In this document: one piece after another, positions 7,564 to 13,761 of the stretch
How positions within the stretch are numbered: the first letter of the stretch is position 1
How the letters are laid out: each line of letters opens with the position of its first letter
Source: a bacterium
GTDB lineage: Bacteria > Zhuqueibacterota > Zhuqueibacteria > Oceanimicrobiales > Oceanimicrobiaceae
DNA: 13,761 bases
Reading direction: 5' to 3'
NCBI GenBank assembly: GCA_046758365.1
Contig: JBHIAC010000088.1
Location: forward strand, 1 to 13,761
Notes under the pieces: model-generated
Databases searched by the model: none
Told to the model about the DNA's origin: nothing
The model's input: only the letters and a program-made list of their open reading frames with translations
Program-made: the position numbers and the translations under genes

Positions 7564-8274
7564 CTAAAATGTGACTTCCTTGTATTCCTCATACAATTTT
7601 AGAACATAAGGTATGTAATTGCTAGTCTCGGTCCAGAGTATACCCTCAGCTTTGTCATTAGCAAGCCAAATAGCCGCCCTTTTCTCCCCTCCATTATAAG
7701 CCGCTAAACCGCCTTCTAAATCATACATCTCAATTAAGGAAGAAAGGTAGCGAGAACCTATTCTAATATTATAAATTGGATTGAAAAGAATATCCTCTGG
7801 AGAGCTCCATGTGATTCCTTCATAGTAGGCCACCCACATTCCGATGGTTGGCATAACCTGCATCAGCCCCATAGCACCAGCCTTAGAAACGATTTCTGGA
7901 TCCCAGGTATGTCCACTTTCATGAGTGATAGTAGCGCAGAGCAAATCAACATCTAAGTTAGGGTATTTCACACTCATTTTATATATTTCATCAGCAATTT
8001 CATATTTCAAACTCGAGGGCATTTCTGGATTGTATTTACTAATTATTTTCATTACCTTCTGGATGGTAAACTGACGCACACTATCTACATTCATGGCAGC
8101 ACGGATATCCTGAAGAGATTTTTCTAACTGACTAATTTTAAAGCGCTCCCTGGGAACCCGTGTCCGTAGAAATTCATAGGTGAACACACCCACAAATACC
8201 AATGATAATACCAAAACAATCCCCCTCAAAATCAAGGATTGATTTAGTACAACCTTAGAAACATCCTTAGACAT
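7564..8274 (-). CDS. Membrane-anchored lytic transglycosylase, SLT domain
   Basis: N-terminal TM helix (ILRGIVLVLSLVFVGVF). SLT motifs ITHESG (catalytic Glu), AGAMGLMQVMP, NIRIGSRYL, LAAYNGG, ETSNYI. AGGAGG RBS. Confidence 0.92.
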   Translation of the reverse strand: MSKDVSKVVLNQSLILRGIVLVLSLVFVGVFTYEFLRTRVPRERFKISQLEKSLQDIRAAMNVDSVRQFTIQKVMKIISKYNPEMPSSLKYEIADEIYKMSVKYPNLDVDLLCATITHESGHTWDPEIVSKAGAMGLMQVMPTIGMWVAYYEGITWSSPEDILFNPIYNIRIGSRYLSSLIEMYDLEGGLAAYNGGEKRAAIWLANDKAEGILWTETSNYIPYVLKLYEEYKEVTF

Positions 8275-8290
8275 TTGTGAGCCCTCCTAT

Positions 8291-8902
8291 TTACCCCACA
8301 CTTAAAGATTTTATATTTTGTTCAATTTCTAGTATGGCCTTTTCAATAACTTTTTTTAAACTCTGGCTGATTGCTTTAACCACCTCGACCGGCTCTTTTT
8401 TATACGCTCTGGTTTTTTCTGAAATTTCTTTCTCCCAAACGATTTCATTATTTCCCGCGCTTTGTAGTTGGAATGACAGAGTGACAAGGCCATACCAGGC
8501 GCTCTTTTCATCCCACTCTTCAAATGCCTTAATTTGGCCTTTTAAGATAAAATCGATACTAAAGTTAGAGGGTATCCTCACAACCCGTTGAAAAATTCCT
8601 GAAGCTCGCAACTGTTCTAAGACCTTTTCAGTTACAATTTTTTTGGGAGGGGCAATCCATCTGCGGTAGTGATAATACTGAACTTCAAACGAGGATTGTC
8701 TATAAACTATCCGATCCCCTTCATAAAGAATATCCGCGGTGAATTGACTAATCCCCAAAGTAACGGGAACAATAGAATTGCGGATTTCGGACTCAGGTAC
8801 TTCATAGTGAATTCGATAATAAAAAGTTGGTGGAACACTGCCACAATGAATTGAAAAGACCAATAACCCTAGATAGCCAGTACTTAGAAAAAACTTTTTC
8901 AT
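8291..8902 (-). CDS. PqiC-like ABC-type transport auxiliary lipoprotein
   Basis: Signal peptide ending in Cys20 (LLVFSIHC-GS, atypical lipobox), followed by TFYYRI, RIVYR, YYHYRRWIAPP, LRASGIF, LKGQIKAFEE; located just after the MCE gene. Confidence 0.8.
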   Translation of the reverse strand: MKKFFLSTGYLGLLVFSIHCGSVPPTFYYRIHYEVPESEIRNSIVPVTLGISQFTADILYEGDRIVYRQSSFEVQYYHYRRWIAPPKKIVTEKVLEQLRASGIFQRVVRIPSNFSIDFILKGQIKAFEEWDEKSAWYGLVTLSFQLQSAGNNEIVWEKEISEKTRAYKKEPVEVVKAISQSLKKVIEKAILEIEQNIKSLSVG

Positions 8903-8922
8903 GCAACACCTCGGTTCAAAGC

Positions 8923-9819
8923 TTATTGAATTTTTCTTTCAGGAGGCGCCGCCTTTCTGACTAATAGCCAGGGCCGCTCCTTGACCATGCGAGTAAATTC
9001 TTCTAAATTTTGAGAAGCAAATTGAAAATTTTCCATGATTTGAATAATGTCACTGCTGTTGGCTGACATGATAGTTTGAAATTCTGCCAATGTCTTTCGA
9101 AGATCAGAGATAAATTCTCCGGTTTCTTTTACGGTCTTTTCTAAATGAGCTAAAGTATCCTCAATATTACCTTCGTTTTTGTCCATCAGATGGTTGATTT
9201 CTTTACTCAAGTCCGCTAATTGGCCACTGAGTTCTTCTAAATTTTCCATCATATTTAATAATTGCACATGTCCATCTCCCATTAATTTGTCCATATTTTC
9301 TAACATCGAGGTAAAATGGGATTGATTTTCGTCGTTGAAAATCTGGGTGACTCGACTCAACAAGCCCTGCAACCGGGCATTTAACTCGCCTAAAGGCTCT
9401 GCCATTTGTGAGAAGCTGGGCACCTCTTTACTATCCAATACTTCGCCGTCGGGTAAGAACTCTGCGTCTGGTGAACCGGCTGTAATTTCTATGTGGGGAT
9501 CGGCCATGATACCTACCGAAGTGACATAAGCTTTTGAATTTACTTTCACTGGCGTCTTTTCATCGATTTTAATTTTGACGCCAATCCCGGTTTTATCGCT
9601 CTTGGGTAATGTAATTTCTGTTACATAACCAACATCCATACCTCCATACTTTACTAAAGACCCCTTTGTAATTCCTCCAATATATTGTAAGTAAGTTTGA
9701 TATTCTTTTGTATTTTCACCAAAATTAACTCCAAATATTAAAACCAAAAATAGAATTAAAATTGCAAAGCTCACAAAAATCATCAACCCCGCTTTGATCT
9801 CGTTTACTTTAAATTCCAT
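8923..9819 (-). CDS. mlaD: MlaD/MCE-domain protein with long helical C-terminal extension
   Basis: N-terminal TM (EIKAGLMIFVSFAILILF). MCE domain GGITKGSLVKYGGMDVGYV...SVGIMADPHIEITAG. About 150-aa heptad-rich helical region ending ERPWLLV. AAGGAG RBS. Confidence 0.9.
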   Translation of the reverse strand: MEFKVNEIKAGLMIFVSFAILILFLVLIFGVNFGENTKEYQTYLQYIGGITKGSLVKYGGMDVGYVTEITLPKSDKTGIGVKIKIDEKTPVKVNSKAYVTSVGIMADPHIEITAGSPDAEFLPDGEVLDSKEVPSFSQMAEPLGELNARLQGLLSRVTQIFNDENQSHFTSMLENMDKLMGDGHVQLLNMMENLEELSGQLADLSKEINHLMDKNEGNIEDTLAHLEKTVKETGEFISDLRKTLAEFQTIMSANSSDIIQIMENFQFASQNLEEFTRMVKERPWLLVRKAAPPERKIQ

Positions 9820-9842
9820 TCTTATCTCCTTTTATGCTAACC

Positions 9843-9875
9843 AATCTTTCCAGGCTTTAAAAAGCTGGAAGGATT
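9843..9875. repeat. Intergenic imperfect palindrome (REP-like hairpin) between mlaF and mlaD
   Basis: AATCTTTCCAGGCTTT-AA-AAAGCTGGAAGGATT: a stem of about 14 bp with one T/G mismatch and one bulged G; no adjacent poly-U tract. Confidence 0.65.
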
Positions 9876-9904
9876 CTAATCAAACAATCAGTTACATCAT
9901 TTTT

Positions 9905-10726
9905 TCATAATTGTTTTGACTCCACCTGCCAAGCTTCACCAGTCAAGGTACTAAGATACCTTTCGCGGTCGATTTCCTCAGCATCAGGCTGTCGTTTAAA
10001 AAATTGTTGAATTACTGGATTTGTATTTTTTTCAAGCTCTTTTTGTGTACCCACGGCGAGTATTTTACCATCATGCATCATGGCAATGCGGTCAGCAATT
10101 ATCTTTACCGACGCTAACTCATGGGTAACCGCAACAATGGTCATTTTAAAAGTATCTTTCAGTTTTAGAATTAACTGGTCAATGCCAGCCCCAACTACGG
10201 GATCCAGGCCGGCAGAAGGTTCGTCACAAAATAAGATTTCAGGATCCAAGGCTATGGCTCGCGCCAGTCCAGCCCGTTTCTTCATGCCACCGGAAAGCTG
10301 AGAAGGCTTAAAGGTATCAAACCCAGATAATCCAACAATCTCTAATTTTATATTTGTCATGATCTTGATTGTGCTTTCTTCCAAGTTAGTATGTTCTCTT
10401 ATTGGCAGGGCCACATTATCGCCTATTGACATAGAGTTAAATAACGCCGATGATTGAAAAAGCATGCCTATCCTTCTTAAGATTTCAACTTTTTCATCTT
10501 CACTCATGGTGGTAATATCATGACCTTTTAGGATAATTTGACCGCCAACCGGTTTAGCAAGACCAATGATATGCCTGAGCAAAGTACTTTTCCCGCATCC
10601 GGACCTGCCAAGAATCGCAATGGACTCTCCTTTATAAATATCTAAATTCACGCCATCCAATACTTTTCGAGGGCCATATTCTACCACTAAATCTCTTATC
10701 CGTATAATAGGTTCTGGCATTTTCAT
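9905..10726 (-). CDS. mlaF: MlaF/Mkl-family ABC transporter ATPase
   Basis: Walker A GRSGCGKS, Q-loop GMLFQSSALF, signature LSGGMKKRAGLARA, Walker B ILFCDEPSAGLDP, H-loop VTHE. ATGA overlap with mlaE; the start could be at 10720. Confidence 0.93.
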   Translation of the reverse strand: MKMPEPIIRIRDLVVEYGPRKVLDGVNLDIYKGESIAILGRSGCGKSTLLRHIIGLAKPVGGQIILKGHDITTMSEDEKVEILRRIGMLFQSSALFNSMSIGDNVALPIREHTNLEESTIKIMTNIKLEIVGLSGFDTFKPSQLSGGMKKRAGLARAIALDPEILFCDEPSAGLDPVVGAGIDQLILKLKDTFKMTIVAVTHELASVKIIADRIAMMHDGKILAVGTQKELEKNTNPVIQQFFKRQPDAEEIDRERYLSTLTGEAWQVESKQL

Positions 10727-11526
10727 AATGTAGAATAAAATAGAGCCGTGAATAAAACGTCAGCCGCGATTATTAAAAAAATGGAGGTCACGACAGAGCG
10801 GGTCGTTGACTTGCCAACGCCTTCTGCGCCTCCTTCAACCATAAATCCTTCATAGCATCCTATTTTAGCGATTATTAGAGCAAAAAAAACGCTTTTCACC
10901 AAACCACTAAATAAATCTTTAAAAACCAATGCAGAAATTGTTTGATCTATGTATCGAATACTGGTTAAGTCCAGGGTAAACATGGCAATAATATAGCCAC
11001 CTAATATTCCAATGAAATCGGCAATTATTGTAAGACAGGGCAGCATGATTAATATGGCTACAGTTCTGGGGACTACTAAAAATTTTATGGGATTAAATCC
11101 CATGGTCTTAAGGGCATCGATTTCTTCATAAACCTTCATGGTTCCAATTTCAGCCGTCATGGCTGAACCACTGCGGCCGGTGATGACAATAGCTGTCAAA
11201 AGTGGAGATAATTCACGAACGATCGATACGGCAACTAAATTTGCCACATAAATAGTAGCTCCAAATTTTTTTAATTGATAGGCTGACTGCATTGCGATAA
11301 TTAAACCAACGAAAAAAGCGATAAGGCAGACAATGGGAATGGATTCGACGCCAATTCTTACCATCTGCTCAACAGTGCTTTTCCAGCTAAAACTTTTCCC
11401 TCGGTATGGAGCTACAAAAGTCCAGAACAAAGTCTGCTTGGCGAGTTTTGTAATACGGTCTAAATGACCCAAAAATATGAAAGCTCTTCGTCCGAGACTG
11501 CCGAAAAATCCATTAACAAGTTGCAT
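10723..11526 (-). CDS. mlaE: MlaE-family ABC permease
   Basis: RELSPLLTAIVITGRSGSAMTAEIGTMKVYEEIDALKTMGFNPIKFLVVPR and GGAEGVGKSTTRSVV signatures; 267 aa with no fused N-terminal STAS domain. Confidence 0.95.
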   Translation of the reverse strand: MQLVNGFFGSLGRRAFIFLGHLDRITKLAKQTLFWTFVAPYRGKSFSWKSTVEQMVRIGVESIPIVCLIAFFVGLIIAMQSAYQLKKFGATIYVANLVAVSIVRELSPLLTAIVITGRSGSAMTAEIGTMKVYEEIDALKTMGFNPIKFLVVPRTVAILIMLPCLTIIADFIGILGGYIIAMFTLDLTSIRYIDQTISALVFKDLFSGLVKSVFFALIIAKIGCYEGFMVEGGAEGVGKSTTRSVVTSIFLIIAADVLFTALFYSTL

Positions 11527-11527
11527 A

Positions 11528-11866
11528 TTAGTTAAGGGTGTTTAGTGCTTCTTCGATGGTGTCATAAATTTTAAAAACTTTGTCCAGTCTACTGAGTTCA
11601 AAGACACCTTTTACTTCATTACGTAAATTGGTCAATTTAAATTGACCACCATATTTACCCACTTTTTGCAGTCCTTCCACTAAAGTAGCCACCCCTGAGC
11701 TATCCATATACCCCACTTTACTTAAGTTTATCAGGATAACCGGTGTTTGAGCTTCGGTAAGCTGAATAATAGCTTTTCTTACTTCTGGAGAAGAGTAAAA
11801 ATCCACATCTCCCTCAATTTCAATAATAGTAGCCAAGTCATGCTTGACAGTATTTAATTTTAACAT
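11528..11866 (-). CDS. rsbV: STAS-domain anti-sigma factor antagonist (RsbV/SpoIIAA-like)
   Basis: 112 aa; IEGDVD, NLSKVGYMDSSGVATL with the phospho-acceptor-position Ser56, VFELSRLDKVFKIY. The symbol is family-level only. Confidence 0.9.
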   Translation of the reverse strand: MLKLNTVKHDLATIIEIEGDVDFYSSPEVRKAIIQLTEAQTPVILINLSKVGYMDSSGVATLVEGLQKVGKYGGQFKLTNLRNEVKGVFELSRLDKVFKIYDTIEEALNTLN

Positions 11867-12285
11867 CGTTTCTCCTTCATTCCTGGCAGAAATTTCGCTA
11901 AAGTTAATTGATTACCATCTTTAAGCGAGTTGTCATAAATGACCACGTCCATAGTACTTTTAATAAAATGAACTCCAAGACCCCCAGGTCTAATATCTTC
12001 TAATTGTCTTGACTTTATTTTGTTTAAATCAGCTTTCTCTCCAAAATCTCGGAGTTTGATTTCTAACCGATCCTCTAACACCCGACAACTTACAATGATT
12101 GCTTTGCCTTTCTGTCCATGATAGGCATGTTTAATGATATTTGAGGCAGCCTCATCGACAGCCAAAGTTACAACGTCTCTATCTTTTTTGGAAAACCCGC
12201 ATACCTCACACAGATGAGATATTCCACTGCGAACTATTTTCAGTAATTTGGGATCGCTGGGCACTTTAATTTCAATGACTTCCAT
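11860..12285 (-). CDS. rsbW: RsbW/SpoIIAB-like anti-sigma factor serine kinase (HATPase_c_2)
   Basis: LAVDEAASNIIKHAY, RDFG, RPGGLGVHFI. Start moved from TTG 12291 to ATG 12285 because AGGAGG lies 7 nt before that ATG but only 1 nt before the TTG. 7-nt overlap with the STAS gene. The symbol is family-level only. Confidence 0.9.
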   Translation of the reverse strand: MEVIEIKVPSDPKLLKIVRSGISHLCEVCGFSKKDRDVVTLAVDEAASNIIKHAYHGQKGKAIIVSCRVLEDRLEIKLRDFGEKADLNKIKSRQLEDIRPGGLGVHFIKSTMDVVIYDNSLKDGNQLTLAKFLPGMKEKRC

Positions 12286-12336
12286 GGACAAGCCTCCTAA
12301 ACACCAAATCGCAGTCTACCACTTATTGGCTTTAAA

Positions 12337-13674
12337 TTAGCTCCATTTAAGTACGACAACAGTTATATCATCATGCTGGTCATTACCTTTGATAAAGTTT
12401 TGAACATCTTGTATTAAAGTATCGACTGTTTCTCGAGCAGATTCTTTTGGTTGAGACAACAAATCTAAGACTCGATTCAATGTATAAACATCTCCATTTT
12501 TTCTTTTTGCTTCGATAACCCCATCAGTAATGAGAACTAAAATATCACCTTTATTTAATTGAACTTTACTTACTTTAAAATTGAAATTCGGCGTAATTCC
12601 TAAAGGAATTCCTTGAGCATCCTTTAGTAATTCAATCTTAGGTTTTCTTGAACTAATTTTTATAAACGGAATATGCCCAGCATTAGAATAAGTAAGCTCA
12701 CCGTTTGAAGCGTTCAAAATGCCATAGATGAACGTTACAAACATACCCCGGCGACTGCGTTCAAACAAAATCTTATTTAAAGCATTCAGTACCTTGGAAG
12801 GTTCTTTATAGCGGTGAGTAAAAATTCGAAAATCACTGATCAATCTGGCCATAAAAAGAGCCGCCGGGATACTTTTTCCAGAAACATCCCCTTCTGCCAC
12901 GGCAATGCTCTGGTTATCAATTTCAATAAAATCAAAAAAATCTCCCCCGACAGACACGGCTGGTAAACTTTTAGCCGCCACTTCAAATTGTTTGCTTGGC
13001 GAAGTGGGAAATTGTTCCGGCATGAAACTTTGTTGAATAATTTTGGCCGCTTCTAATTGCTGTTCAAGCTTATGTTTTTCCAATTCCAATTGGTGCATTC
13101 GAGTATGCTCTATGGCTAAAGCTACCTGGCGACAAAAAGTAGAAAAAAGCTCTAAATTATTTTCATCAAATGCTTTTCCATCTCTTCGATTAATGACCTC
13201 TGCCACACCAATAATCTTTTCCTTTACTATCAAAGGTGCTGCAAGAATCGAACGGGTCCGGAATCCGGTTGTTTTATCGATTTTCGGAAAAAACCGCGAG
13301 TCCTTTAGTACATCAGTGACAATTTGAGGGACCCCATGAACCGCTACCCAACCCGCAATCCCCTCCCCAAGTTTTAGATGCATTTTCTTCTTGACTTGCT
13401 CCCCGACGGCTCCTAACGCCACTTGACACTCTAAAATATTTTTTTCCTCATTTACTAACATCAAAGAACTGGCTTCTGCTTTCATAACGCTTTGAGCCTT
13501 TTCCATAACCAGCCCAATGAGTTTTTCTAAATCGAGCGTTGAATTGATAATGATACTAACATCGATCAAACTTGAAAGATCATTTACTTTAGTACGTAAA
13601 GCAGATACTTCGCTGATTAACTCCTCATCCTTATATTGATCGTCATATTTACGATTTTTCTTTATAGTGGTCAT
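12337..13674 (-). CDS. rsbU: GAF-domain PP2C/SpoIIE-family serine phosphatase (RsbU/RsbP-like)
   Basis: GAF: GEGIAGWVA, DKTTGFRTRSILAAPL, EVINR. Coiled-coil linker QLEAAKIIQQSFMP. PP2C motifs VGGDFFD, GDVSGK, NAGH, TDGVIEA, DDITVVV. The symbol is family-level only. Confidence 0.92.
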   Translation of the reverse strand: MTTIKKNRKYDDQYKDEELISEVSALRTKVNDLSSLIDVSIIINSTLDLEKLIGLVMEKAQSVMKAEASSLMLVNEEKNILECQVALGAVGEQVKKKMHLKLGEGIAGWVAVHGVPQIVTDVLKDSRFFPKIDKTTGFRTRSILAAPLIVKEKIIGVAEVINRRDGKAFDENNLELFSTFCRQVALAIEHTRMHQLELEKHKLEQQLEAAKIIQQSFMPEQFPTSPSKQFEVAAKSLPAVSVGGDFFDFIEIDNQSIAVAEGDVSGKSIPAALFMARLISDFRIFTHRYKEPSKVLNALNKILFERSRRGMFVTFIYGILNASNGELTYSNAGHIPFIKISSRKPKIELLKDAQGIPLGITPNFNFKVSKVQLNKGDILVLITDGVIEAKRKNGDVYTLNRVLDLLSQPKESARETVDTLIQDVQNFIKGNDQHDDITVVVLKWS

Positions 13675-13722
13675 TGTTTAGAATATTGCTTAAGCTTATA
13701 TATTTCAAAAATATTAATCATC

Positions 13723-13751
13723 AAATTAAAATAAAACCAGCACAAATGCAA
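13723..13751 (-). promoter_or_regulatory. Candidate sigma-70 promoter for the rsb-mla-slt operon
   Basis: Minus strand TTGCAT-N17-TAATTT, about 50 nt upstream of the ATG at 13674; very AT-rich region. Confidence 0.3.
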
Positions 13752-13761
13752 GTAAAAAAAG

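Noticed and set aside
9835..9897. attC reading of the mlaF-mlaD gap (TGCTAAC ... GTTACAT around the hairpin)
   Set aside because: The boxes are placed asymmetrically (1 nt versus 15 nt from the stem) and lie inside a conserved-type operon.
457..13327. Short antisense ORFs (457-654, 1406-1609, 3608-3820, 4188-4397, 6536-6727, 8277-8591, 8669-8854, 9335-9529, 10080-10301, 13043-13327)
   Set aside because: All lie opposite strongly supported genes and show no domain signal.

Overview
Low-GC bacterial window with three blocks. (1) 1-3465, + strand, an accessory patchwork: the 3' end of an upstream ORF coupled to a large B12-binding-type radical SAM gene, a 130-bp integron attC-like site, a minimal nucleotidyltransferase (MNT antitoxin type) whose HEPN partner seems reduced to an overlapping C-terminal stub, and a GC-rich ICMT/PEMT-family membrane methyltransferase. 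(2) 3533-6981, - strand, a soluble signalling operon: a GAF-HisKA protein with no ATPase domain, a REC-histidine kinase, and a REC-GAF-HD-GYP phosphodiesterase. (3) 7564-13674, - strand, an eight-gene run: a partner-switching module (GAF-PP2C phosphatase, RsbW-like kinase, STAS protein) with no sigma factor in the window, coupled directly to an MCE-type transporter (MlaE, MlaF, long MlaD, PqiC-like lipoprotein) and a membrane-anchored lytic transglycosylase. The best candidate for an undescribed system is block 3, a possibly phosphorylation-switched MCE transporter. An inverted heptamer-repeat element (7326-7481) and a REP-like palindrome (9843-9875) lie in intergenic regions. All calls come from reading motifs by eye; no searches were run.
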